Part shown: one piece after another, positions 12,113-24,529 of the stretch
Position numbering within the stretch: the stretch's first letter is position 1
How the letters are laid out: each line of letters begins with the position of its first letter
DNA from: Octopus sinensis
Lineage: Eukaryota
NCBI RefSeq assembly: GCF_006345805.1
Contig: NC_043007.1
Coordinates: 39,928,001-39,992,000, forward strand
Reading direction: 5' to 3'
Length of the DNA stretch: 64,000 nt
Position numbers and translations under genes: made by a program
Notes under the pieces: generated by a model
Database searches by the model: none
What the model was told of the DNA's origin: nothing
Seen by the model: the letters and a program-made list of their open reading frames with translations, nothing else

Positions 12113-12341
12113 TCATATTCGATTGCAATGGATCCATGAAGATTCGAGGTATATTATAAAGTGAAGCAAGCTACTAGCTGATGAAAACCGATGGATTACT
12201 CAACAAGTCATTCTTCACTCGTTTTGAGAAGTTGCTGATGCGCTTGGGAGTCGTACGGTGTATTCTTTTATGTTTACATTGAAATAAAAGTTCCTAACAA
12301 AACACGTGTACCAAACTTGAATAAAACACTTCGTTGTTTGT

Positions 12342-12389
<48 letters not shown>

Positions 12390-12390
<1 letters not shown>

Positions 12391-12545
12391 AACTCCGTGC
12401 AGCACGGAGTTTTGTCAGTGAACAGGTCGCGGTCTCAAAGCGACGAAAGTATTTTGACAAATTAAATTTAAATGTTGAAGTGAATCTAACGGTTTTTGTG
12501 TGTTTCTTAAATGGCTTCTAAACTCCTTCCACGCTGCAATTGTTT
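12390..12545. repeat. Dispersed repeat family H with terminal hairpin
   Basis: Reverse-complement homolog at 51533-51676; perfect hairpin AAACTCCGTGC-A-GCACGGAGTTT at the (TA)n junction. Confidence 0.75.
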
Positions 12546-12635
12546 TCGTTCCAGCACACGATCTCAGATCAGGTCACTTGCTATGTAAGTACATCTCCCT
12601 AATATATATATTTATATTTATATATAAATACATAC

Positions 12636-12708
<73 letters not shown>

Positions 12709-12798
12709 TATATATACATATTTAAAATATGAGTGTTGTGTGTGCTTGTGGGTGTACGTGTATTGATAGATAGAAAGATAAATAAATAAATAATAAAT

Positions 12799-12861
<63 letters not shown>

Positions 12862-12944
12862 TACAGACAGACAGGTATGTACGTGCATACGTACATACAT
12901 GCATGCGTTTACATACGCGCGTTAGTGTTCGCATAGAGGTTTCT

Positions 12945-13340
12945 TCGTGGATATCCAGCAAGCTTTTGCACTCAGGACAACGATTAGATCTCTAAAACTT
13001 CCTATTACAAAATTTCGCATCAGGAAGAGCTTGATATTTAAAAGCCAGCAATTATATAACTATAACTCATAGGCTATACGAATCACAACCAAAGGTCGTA
13101 ACCAGCCGGAGACTTTTGGAAGATAGCTAGACGCATTATTTCTAGACTAGTGAATTAGCCATATTCAAAATGTTACAACAAATGCAGAACAGCTGGCATG
13201 AATTCAATGATGTATCAATTAGAGATGCTGTGTATACAGAATATCAACCACATACTTAAAAAGATAGTCCTACAGACACAGAGGAAATAAAAGGCTTAGA
13301 ACATTCTGCTCAGAAAGTGGGACTGCACCAGCATTCGCGA
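12945..13340 (+). mobile_element. Highly decayed R4/Dong-like non-LTR retrotransposon fragment
   Basis: Across frames it reads WISSKLLHSGQ, LKASN, LYESQPKVVTSR and NINHIL, in the order seen upstream of the CCHC/REL region of R4-clade proteins. Many stops and frameshifts. Confidence 0.45.
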
Positions 13341-13384
13341 CGTATTTATGGCTGCTCAGTCACTATATTATTTATATACGTGCA

Positions 13385-13780
13385 CACACAGACACAGACA
13401 CACACACACATACATACATACATACATACATACATACATACATACATGCATACATACATACATACATGCATACATGCATACATGCATACATACATACGTA
13501 CATACATACATGCATACATGCATACATGCATACATACATACATGCATACATGCATACATGCATACATACATATATGCATACATACATACATACATGCATA
13601 CATGCATGCATACATACATACATACATACATACATGCATACATGCATACATACATACACACATACATACATACATGCATACATACATACATACATACGTA
13701 CATACATACATACATACATACATACATACATACATACATACATACATACATACATACATACATGCACACATACATACAAA
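13385..13780. repeat. (TACA)n/(TGCA)n tetranucleotide microsatellite
   Basis: Directly visible; source of several HTYI/MYVC ORFs. Confidence 0.95.
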
Positions 13781-13789
13781 CGTCTTTTA

Positions 13790-14094
13790 CCGTTTACTTG
13801 TTTCAGTCATTAGACTACGGCCATGCTGGGTCACCGCCTTGAAGAATTTTTAGTCCAATGAATCAAGCGCAGTATTTTTTCCTTTCTTTTTTTCTTTGTA
13901 GCCTGGCACTTATTCTGTCAACCTCTTATGCCTAACCGCTAAGCTACGAGGACGTAAACAAACCAACACTGGTTGTCAGGCGTTGGTGGGGGGCAAACAA
14001 AGACCCAAGACACACATACACACACGCACACATGTATATTCATTATATATATATATGTCTTTATTTGACTCTCATGTATATATATATATATATT

Positions 14095-14146
<52 letters not shown>

Positions 14147-14305
14147 GACAAGCTTCTATAAGTTTCCTTCTACCAAATCCACTTGCAAGGCTTTGGTCGG
14201 CCCGAGGTTATTGTAGAGGACACCTGCCCAAGGTGTCATGCAGTAAGACTGAACACGGAACCATACGGTTGGGAAGCAAATTTTTACGACACTACCATGC
14301 CTGCG
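13790..14305 (-). mobile_element. SINE family C with internal (TA)n expansion
   Basis: Both halves of the C consensus flank a (CA)/(TA) tract at about 14010-14140. Confidence 0.85.
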
Positions 14306-14375
14306 CCTAGCTACACATACTCCTGCGCTTATAGATGCATACATATATTATACATACATATACATATTGGTTTTA

Positions 14376-14812
14376 GTGAAGGCACATGACTCAGTGGTTA
14401 GAGGGTCGAGTTTACGATCGTGAAGTTGTGAGTTCGATTCCTGGATTGGGCTGCGTGTTGTGTTCTTGAGCAAGACACTTTATTTCCCGTTGCACCAATT
14501 CACTCAGCTGTAGAAATGGGCAAGTGTCTTCTACTAAAGCCTCGGGCCGACCAAAGCCTTCTGAGTGGATTTCGTGGACGGAATCATATATATATGTATG
14601 TGTGTATATGTTTGTGTGTCTGTGTTTGTCCCCTTCCCCCAACATCGCTTGACAACCGATGCTGGTTGTCCCCGTAACTTAGAGGTTCGGCAAAAGAGGC
14701 CGATAGAATAAGTACTAGGCTTACAAAGAATAAGTCCTGGGGTCGATTTGCTCGACTAAAGGCGGTGCTCCAGCATGGCCGCAGTCAAATGACTGAAACA
14801 AGTAAAAGAGAA
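14376..14812 (+). mobile_element. Chimeric SINE: family A head/core fused to family C body
   Basis: A sequence runs to ...CAGCTGTAGAAATGGG (14520), then switches to C sequence CAAGTGTCTTCTACTAAAGCCTCGGGCCG. Confidence 0.8.
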
Positions 14813-14903
14813 AAAAGATATATATATTTTTTATTTTATTTTTTAAAAATTTTATCTAGTTTCAGCTCATAAGCTGTGGCCATGCTGGGGCACCGCCATA
14901 TAT

Positions 14904-14946
<43 letters not shown>

Positions 14947-15267
14947 AGAAAATTGAGTTTTAACTGCTAAACTTCAATTTATTAACATATTGTCAAAGTT
15001 CTCTGTTACCTAAAGTTTTTTTCAAGTTCAACTCATTCAATTACAAATTAGTAAATTAAAAATTGTATCTTAATATATTAAGTAATACTGGACTCTTGAA
15101 CGTTTCATCGATATATAAAATTAAACCGGTGAAGCTTGGATGTTAACATCCCTTTTTAAGAGGTAACCGTATCCTCAAAATAACTATATGTATGTGTATT
15201 TGCGTGTAGATGTATATATATGTGTATGTATATATATTCTTCTACTAACGCAAGAGACAAGGTTTCA

Positions 15268-15301
<34 letters not shown>

Positions 15302-16226
15302 ACACACACACATTAATCTATTATCGTTAGTTCAACAAAATATATTATTTCGAACTAACGATTATGGATTAAATGTTGTTTATTCACTCTCAGACTTATC
15401 TTTGAATTCATTATTCTAAGTGGCCAGACATAGCTTCTTTGAACTTATCACCCTCTGGAATACACACACACATACACACAAACACATATATATTTTATAT
15501 GTATGTATATATTTTATATATAGATATATGTGTATATATTATTTGATTATATATATATATATTATATATATAATATATATATATATAAATAGGTAGATAG
15601 ATAGAAAGGTATAGGTACAGGTATATGTACGTCCAGGTATATACATATGTGTGTGTATGTATTTATATGTGTTCGCGCACGTGCGTGTGAGTGCACGTAC
15701 GTATGTATGTATATATGTCTGTGTGTATATATGTATATACGTATGTGTATATATGTATGTCCAAAGTTACTATATTTGAACTGAACAACGGATTAGTAGT
15801 CGGAAGATCTAAATCTCTTATAATCCAAATTCCTAATCAAGGTAAAACCAGTTCCGGAGAAGAAGAATTGTCTATAAGAACTGTGTAATTCCAGCGTGTA
15901 ATAATAATAAGATAAAAGATAGACATTTAGGTATGCCAAGATATTGTTTATACCATTTATTTATAAGATGTTATCCAAACATTGCCATCAATATATCCAT
16001 CGTAGCAAAACTATAAGCCTGGCTGTGTGGTAAGAAGTGCGCTACCTAACCGCAAGGTTCCGGGTTCTGAAAAAAATTCTCCTTCTCCTTGATATCAATA
16101 TTATTGTTATTGTAATTACAGTAATCCCGCGCGATATCGAGGTTCACCTATCGCGGTTTATTATTTAAGCTTCCGTCGATTCTTCCGTGGTGTTATATAC
16201 AAATTATAAAAATTATTTTTAAAAAA

Positions 16227-16341
16227 TACGGCCATATCACGTTGAAAGCACCGGTTCTCGTCCGATCACCGAATTTAAGCAACGTCGAGCCTAGTTAGTA
16301 TTTAGATGGGTGACCGCTTGGGAAACCTAGGTGCTGTAAGC
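16227..16341 (+). pseudogene. 5S_rRNA: 5S rRNA dispersed copy, probable pseudogene
   Basis: TACGGCCATATCACGTTGAAAGCACCGGTTCTCGTCCGATCACCGAA...GATGGGTGACCGCTTGGGAAACCTAGGTGCTGTAAGC is a near full-length metazoan 5S. It lacks the first ~3 nt and the downstream oligo-T terminator and is not in a tandem array. Confidence 0.93.
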
Positions 16342-16353
16342 GTCACTATAGAC

Positions 16354-16655
16354 GCAGGAGTGGATGTGTCATAAGTAGCTTGCTTACCAACCACATGGCT
16401 CCGGGTTCAGTCCCACTGCGTGGCACTTGGGCAAGTGTCTTCTACTAAAGCCTCGGGCCGACCAAGGCCTTGTGAGTGGATTTGGTAGACAGAAACTGAA
16501 AGAAGCCTGTCGTATATATGTATATGTTTATATATGTGTCTGTTTGTGTATCTGTGTTTGTCCACCCAACATCGCTTGACAACCGATGCTGGTGTGTTTG
16601 CGTCCCCGTAACTTAGCGGTTCGGTAAAAGAGACCGGTAGAAAAGTAAAAGAGTA
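16354..16655 (+). mobile_element. SINE family C
   Basis: GCAGGAGTGG head, GGTTCAGTCCC B-box-like motif, TTGGGCAAGTGTCTT core, internal microsatellite, AAAAGAGTAAAAG tail. Confidence 0.9.
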
Positions 16656-16720
16656 AAAGATTACAGTACTGTTTCTATTTCGCAGATATCCACATATCGC
16701 GATAGTCGAGGAATTAGTAA

Positions 16721-17245
<525 letters not shown>

Positions 17246-17247
17246 AG

Positions 17248-17293
<46 letters not shown>

Positions 17294-17325
17294 TATTATT
17301 ATCATCATCATCATCATCATCATCA

Positions 17326-17396
<71 letters not shown>

Positions 17397-17442
17397 GTTA
17401 TTATTATTATTACTATTGTTGTTGTTGTTGTTGTTGTTATTG

Positions 17443-17930
17443 AGTGAGAGAGCCGCGCATGCCGTCAAGGTGACACTGGAGTACAAATATACGAAGACCC
17501 ATCAAGACTACTCGTCTGATAAGAGTACACCAGGCACATGCATCACAACCATATGTGCGCGACATGGTGATCTCATATCAAGATAAACAGCGCATGACCT
17601 TGCAGGTGGTGCCCAGTTAGAATTTTCTTCAGATCGAGTAGACCATCCCGCTCAAAAGGTCCCTGAATAAGGGTTGTTTAAGAATGATGAATGAAACACC
17701 CATGTTTCCAGAGTTGCATTATTCAAACCTCCAAAGAATTTCTCTCAACACGTGCCTATGATGCTTCCCCGCTACTCAGAGATGCTCATATCGTCAGCCA
17801 CTAAGGGACATGCTCAACTTGTTAAGGTCAAACAACTGACAAGCGAATCTGTGGTATTGAGCAGAATATTTGCTGTAGCCCATCTTTTATGCCAAGACAA
17901 AACAATGTACGAGCCAGTGCCTAGTACTGC
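17443..17930 (-). mobile_element. Repeat family G (retroposon-like, (AAT)n tail)
   Basis: Reverse-complement homolog of 50576-51134; both copies abut an (AAT)n tract at the same end. Confidence 0.85.
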
Positions 17931-18280
17931 ATCATCATCATCATCATCATCATCATCATATTATCATTGTTGTTGCTGCTGCTGCTGTTGTTGCTAAAGC
18001 TAGCAGGATTGTTAACATTCCGGGCAAGATGTTCAGTGGCATTTCGTCTGTCTGTATATTCTGAATTCAAATTCTGCCGTTCACATACTTTGCCACTACC
18101 CGCACACATACCACTTACACACCTGCCTCTAATCTCATCTACCTGCATGGATACCTTCCTATTCATGTCCAGAACGCCCCATTTCTCCCTCTCTCCCTAA
18201 TTCCTTCCTATAGAAATGCATTTCCTTCCGGCCTCAGCATTTTCTTTTTTTCTTTTTTCCACCACCTTGCCTCGTATTTT

Positions 18281-18312
18281 TTCTGATGAAGAACTAGCCG
18301 CCGAAACGTTAA
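18281..18312 (+). ncRNA. Minimal hammerhead-ribozyme-like motif
   Basis: TT-CTGATGA-A-GAACTAGCCGCC-GAAAC-GTT-AA; core intact, stems I and II weak. Confidence 0.5.
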
Positions 18313-18647
18313 TCCACTTTCCTTTTCCTTTCAAGCATTATAATTATAACAAACTTCTTAAAACGTGTCCTTGTGCATCTTCCTTGTTTGTGCTCATTCA
18401 TTATACACACACACACATACGTAAACGTCAAACGATTAAAATTAGTGCTCAACACCACACTGGTGGCTATAATTCCTTTATTTGTGAATTAATGCTAACA
18501 TGGTTTCATGTTAAGATAAGTAGGAAACTATCCTAGTGTCTTAACAATTTTTCAATCCGATCACATGGAGAAAAGTGTTAGCCTCCGTTTTGGAAAATAC
18601 ACCCTCGTTTAGTTCGAGGAGATATATGTGACTGTGGGAGTGTGTGA

Positions 18648-18692
<45 letters not shown>

Positions 18693-18695
<3 letters not shown>

Positions 18696-18790
18696 GGAAA
18701 GAAGGTTTGAAAATGCAATTTCAAAAGATGTTTATTCACTTGACCGGTTTCACATTTTTAGAAAAAGATTGTCAAAAGTAAAATGTAAAG
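18693..18790 (-). mobile_element. Penelope-like terminal repeat family P2
   Basis: Reverse-complement homolog of 43965-44052; hammerhead-like motif followed by AATAAA and then (TA)n. Confidence 0.65.
18738..18779 (-). ncRNA. Minimal hammerhead-ribozyme-like motif, U3-A8 variant
   Basis: ACTT-TTGACAA-(17 nt)-GAAAC-CG-GTC-AAGT: 4-bp stem I, palindromic stem III (ACCGGT), GUC site. Confidence 0.6.
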
Positions 18791-19421
18791 CTTTGTAAAA
18801 GCTTTGTTGTGTGAAGTTCTGGTTGTCACAATGTATTACAATAAATATATACATTCTTTGATAATAATAATTAAAAAATGTTAAAAACAGTTTACAAGGC
18901 AAACTCTTGAGAAAATATTAAATATATATATATGCGTGTGTGTGCGTGTGTAAGTATGTGTGTACGTACGTATGCATCTATGCATACATCTATATATGTA
19001 TGTATAGATGTGTATACAGAGTATCAATACAACATAGGTTGAAATTTGATATGCAGGCAAAAGTACATGGCATACGTTCTATAATCTATTTACTCTCCTT
19101 ATGAAAATGTTCCTCGTTGTTACACCACAAAACCCTCACCAGCTTACAAAGAGGATCGAACCGACGAGTTTCGACACTCATTAAAGAAATCACATCAGAA
19201 ATCGCTTACTCTTGTCTCTCAAACTGCCGAAGTCAAGAAGCATAAAGCTACTTATAGAGAATACAAATAAAATTACGACAAACCTAACTAAATTTACATA
19301 ATGGCGGCATAAGGTTGAACGCCTGGCAGAAATAACTATAATGGTTATGAAGTCATATACCATTTGTTTAATAAAAGTTAATCTTATATTCTATAGCTAT
19401 TGCCTTTCACAATATATATAT

Positions 19422-19457
<36 letters not shown>

Positions 19458-19502
19458 CATACATACATACACATATATATGTATGTATACATGAATATAT
19501 AT

Positions 19503-19549
<47 letters not shown>

Positions 19550-20151
19550 CAGGCGTATATATACATACATATATATGTATATATATACATACAGGCGTAT
19601 ATATATATATACATACATGCATACATATATATATATATTCACAAGCACACACATACTATTTGTATTCACAAATTTCTATTTTCAATATACTGATGTGTGT
19701 GTATGAGTGTGTGGGTGTGTGCCTCTGTGTGTGGGTGGGTGCCTCTGTGTGTGTGTGCGTGTGAGTGTAAGTACGTATATCTATACATTCGTAACAATCT
19801 ATATGCAGATATACAATGAGGCGGAATGTACTCACTCTCTGCAAAACTACACATACACACACACACACACATGCACACACCCGTAAACGCACGCGCACAC
19901 ACACACACGTACATTTATACCTACATACTTACAAATATGCGCCCGCACAGATGTATACGTGCACGCGTATGTATGTGTGTGTTTATAGTTACTCTCCTGA
20001 CATTCTGAGTGTCTGTGTATATATATTTGCTCGATTCGTCAAAGTTTGCTGTTTTGTGTAAACAATTCCCTTTATGACCCGATATGACCAACATATATAT
20101 ATATATACATATACATATATATACATACATATATTATACATATATATATAA

Positions 20152-20190
<39 letters not shown>

Positions 20191-20199
20191 CATACATAC

Positions 20200-20230
<31 letters not shown>

Positions 20231-20553
20231 AATATATATGCATATATGTGTGCGTCTGTGTAAGTGTGTGACTGTGTGTCTGTGTATGAATTTATATATA
20301 CACGTACATACATACTTGTCTATGTATGTATGCGTGTCTCGATATATGTACACACACACACCACACACATATATATATATTATATATATATATATATATA
20401 TAATATATATATACACAAAGACATACACATATACATACGCTGTAATTCCTTTTAACATCACGTCTGCTTCACCAGACCGCACCCCATATCTCAGAGTGTC
20501 TCTAACCTTCCATCCCAACCTATATCCACTTTCTCTGCAAAACTACGCACACA

Positions 20554-20600
<47 letters not shown>

Positions 20601-20844
20601 CCAGGAGTGCAAGCTTTGACACAGTCCGCTGAACACATGCACTTCGTTAGCAAACAAGTCAAGATAAAAGCTGAAACTGTTGTTCTCTGTATAAGATTAA
20701 AAATGCTCAATTTATTTGCCTTATTCAATCAGAAATACGCAGAGGCTCTGTCTATATTTGTACATATGTATAAATGTTTGTATGACTGTGACTGTGTGAG
20801 TGTGTTCGTATATATAAACATATATATAGAAGGAGATCGATAGG

Positions 20845-20883
<39 letters not shown>

Positions 20884-21085
20884 AGATACATACATCTACG
20901 TATATATATCCATCTGTCTATGTATCCTATATGTATATAGTATATATATATGTGTGTATTATATATATATATTATATATATAATATATATATATAGATAT
21001 ATAACACATATATATACATATATATATTACATATATATAGATAGATAGATAGATAATATATATTGATAGATAGATAGATAGATAG

Positions 21086-21138
<53 letters not shown>

Positions 21139-21239
21139 GGCCGCAGCTCTGAGCTGAAACTACAGAAAAAATATACACACACATACACACACACAAACAA
21201 ACAAACACACACACACACTCATACATATATAAATACATG

Positions 21240-21365
21240 CATTTTCGTTTATTAGCTGACTTAATAATTGGACAAGACGGACATTCTGGAGTACTGCAAG
21301 GTCGCACGTGATGTGCTTGCGACGCAGACATCTTAAGAATACGACGATATGCAAAATAAAAACAT
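21240..21365 (-). mobile_element. Possible PLE zinc-linker remnant
   Basis: Translates RRILKMSASQAHHVRPCSTPECPSCPIIKS; the C-x4-C-x2-C spacing resembles the PLE linker between RT and endonuclease. Confidence 0.3.
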
Positions 21366-21879
21366 TTATAGAAACGATAGAACAACAACACAGTCATGTT
21401 TAATACAGATATAATACAGTATATCTAAAAGTCGTTTTATTCTCTTCATAGATATGTGTTTGCATGCATGTATGTATCTAATCTTGAGTATTTATTATAC
21501 ATGTCTTGATCAGGCATGTTAATACGCTGCTTGTGAGCTTCATGCACATGTAGTTTACATGTAAATCGCTTCTATTATAGTGACCCATGTGGGTCTTACT
21601 TTAATGGTGCCGAAGTATTGCAAAGCATTTGAACGCAGAATATAAAGTGCCGAAAGAATTGTCGATAAGAATTTTGTCTGACGCACTAAAGGTTCTACTC
21701 TCTATCCGCCTTTAGAGAAATGTGTAACAATGTTTTCCATTGTAGTCACAAGACCTGGAATTTGGTGGGCGAGAAATGCCTCTAAGCATTCTTGCCAGAC
21801 GTACTAACGATTCTGCCAGCTCACCGCTTTAAAGAGAAATCAGTGACAATAGTTTCAAATTTTGAATATTCTTTTCTTT

Positions 21880-22549
21880 TCTACTCCAGCACAAGGCCCA
21901 AACTGGTACTTAATTTTTCGAACTCACATGTAAAGTGCCGAAGGAATTCTCACTAAGGAACTTGTGCAAAGTCGACCTCGTCGAAATTTGAACTCAGAAC
22001 GTAACGGCAGACGAAATACCTATTTCTTCACTACCCACAAGGGGCTAAACACAGAGATGACCTCAAAAGGATGAAAGGCAAAGTCGACCTCGGCAGAATT
22101 TGAACTTAGAACGTAGCGGCAGACGAAATACCTATTTCTTTACTACCCATAAGGGGCAAAACACAGAGAGGACAAATAAGGACAGACAAACGGATTAAGT
22201 CGATTATATCGACCCCAGTGCGTAACTGGTACTTATTTAATCGATCCCGAAAGGATGAAAGGCAAAGTCGACCTCGGCGGAATTTGAACTTAGAACGTAG
22301 CGGCAGACGAAATACCTATTTCTTTACTACCCATAAGGGGCAAAACACAGAGAGGACAAATAAGGACAGACAAACTGATTAAGTCGATTATATCGACCCA
22401 AGTGCGTAACTGGTACTTAATTTATCGACCTCGAAAGGATGAAAGGCAAAGTCGACCTCGGCGGAATTTGAACCCAGAACGTAGCGGCAGACGAAATACG
22501 GCTAAGCATTTCGTCCAGCGCCTTAACGATTCTGCCAGCTCGCCGCCTT
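21880..22549 (-). mobile_element. SINE B concatemer with 184-bp internal tandem units
   Basis: ATGAAAGGCAAAGTCGACCTC recurs at 22071, 22255 and 22439; a single head lies at 22500-22549. Confidence 0.92.
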
Positions 22550-23339
22550 AAAGAGAAATCCGTAATGATGACATTTTATACATTTACATATTCGTTTCGT
22601 TAATTCAGGACACCCAAGTCTATTGTATTTTTCCCGGAATGTTTTGATTTCATTAGCTTTCCCGCAGTTATTTACACCTAGAAGTCAAAGATCGCCCAAG
22701 GGAAACCGATGTATTTAGAGAATGGAAGTGATATAAAAAAAAAAACACTCTGAACTTGAGTAAACGGAAGACATTGCTCCTAATCCATAGGTAAGAGAGG
22801 TGTGTGACTAAGAGAATGGAATCTGCGTTCGACCAACATCAACTTCTACCGTGAAATTTAGAGAGCAGAAAACAGCTATAGCAAGGGGCTGAGAGATTAT
22901 TTTTTTTTGGTGGGGGGAGTACGACATGTAATTTGTCGTATTAATATCGTTGCTCTTTAATCCTAGATAAACTCTTATTGAACAGACTAATGATCACAGG
23001 CGTTCCGGTATATGTCCATCCTGTTTTGTTTTGTTTTTTATGTACTCAATAACTTGCTCAATATGTTAACTCGTTTTTAAAGGTCAGTAGGTTGTGATTT
23101 TAGAAAATTTGGTTGCAAACTATTCGAGCCGGCCTAGTGCGTTAGTAAGAGGGGATATGAGGAAAGTAGATTAAAACAATCATAATTATTAAAGAAGATA
23201 GAGAACTGTTCAACGGGGTTAGTGTGAAGAGATTGTAGTGAATGTTGGTGGTGACGATTAAGTACAAATACTACAGTTTTTCAACACTATGGCTACTGAC
23301 AGTTACCACAAGTAACACTGGGAAAGAGTGTAAACATCC

Positions 23340-23925
23340 ACATGGTCACTAGATCTACTAGAAATAGCAACCGAATTTCCTTCAAATTACAACGGAAATA
23401 GCAACCGAATCTCCTTGAAACCGAAATAGCGACCGAATGGTTTTCAAATTACAATCATAGTATCAACCGAAAGTTCTAATTACAATCGAAATAGCAACCG
23501 AATGTTCTTTAAATTATAATTAAAATAGCAACTGAATGTCATTCAAATTTCAACCGAAATAGCAACTGAATGTCCTTCAAATTACAATCGAAATAGCAAC
23601 CGAATGTTCTTCAAATTTCAACCGAAATAGCAACCGAATGTTCTTCAAATTACAATCGAAATAGCAACCGAATGTCCTTTAAATTACAATCGAAATAGCA
23701 ACTGAATGTCCTTCAAATTACAATCGAAATAGCAACCAAATGTTCTTCAAATTATAATCGAAATAGCGACCGAATGTCCTTCAAATTTCGACCGAAAGAG
23801 CAACTTTGAGAAAGGATAGCGTTACATTAGATAATGTAATCCTATATATACCTTTTAAAAAGCGGAATGGGCGTGACTAGAACGGTTTTGATCATAAGGC
23901 CGCTCGGTCAGAGCTGATCTAAAGC
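23340..23925. mobile_element. Old repeat family E carrying an expanded internal minisatellite
   Basis: The flanks (CATGGTCACTAGATCTACTAG; TTTTGATCATAAGGCCGCTC) match decayed E copies in the opposite orientation at about 22950-23140, 26940-27130 and 5950-6060. Confidence 0.6.
23361..23806. repeat. 34-bp minisatellite, about 13 copies
   Basis: Unit GAAATAGCAACCGAATGTTCTTCAAATTACAATC repeated head to tail without spacers. Confidence 0.95.
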
Positions 23926-23929
23926 AATA

Positions 23930-24472
23930 TATACCTATGATCACCTCCACCACCACAACCAACTCGACCACTACTAACCTTTCCACCACCACAGATGTCA
24001 CTGGCTTCGCCATTTCCACAACTACCACTGCCATCGTCATCACCATCAACACCACAACTACCACCATCAATCCTCATTGCCATCCTTACTACCATTAGCA
24101 TCTGCACCGTCACCAAGTTAACCACCACTATCACCACTACTATCATTCGCAATACCATCCCCACCGCTACCGTTACCCACACCACTACCACCGATACTAT
24201 CACATCCCACTACCACCACCACGTCCACTACCACCACAACCTCTACTACCACCACAACGTCCACTACCACCACAACGTCCACTACCACCACAACGTCCAC
24301 TACCACCACAACTTTTACTACCACTGCAACTTCCACTACCATTATCACTACTACCGCCGCCACTATCACCACCACTATCACCACCACCACAACTACACCA
24401 CTACTATTACTACCACCATCATTACCATCACCACTACTACTATCACGACTAACACTGCCGGCACCACCTTCG

Positions 24473-24529
<57 letters not shown>

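Larger units (their letters stand above)
16119..16719. mobile_element. Tigger/pogo-like MITE hosting nested insertions
   Basis: TA then CAGTAATCCCGCG... at left; CGCGATAGTCGAGGAATTAGTA at right (imperfect inverted repeat). 5S and SINE C lie inside. Confidence 0.55.

Noticed and set aside
13317-13853. HTYI/MYVC repeat ORFs, and similar YI/CV/HT ORFs throughout
   Set aside because: They are microsatellite translations.
23361-23806. CRISPR-like array of ~34-bp repeats
   Set aside because: The repeats are head to tail with no unique spacers, the context is eukaryotic and there are no cas genes. It is a minisatellite.
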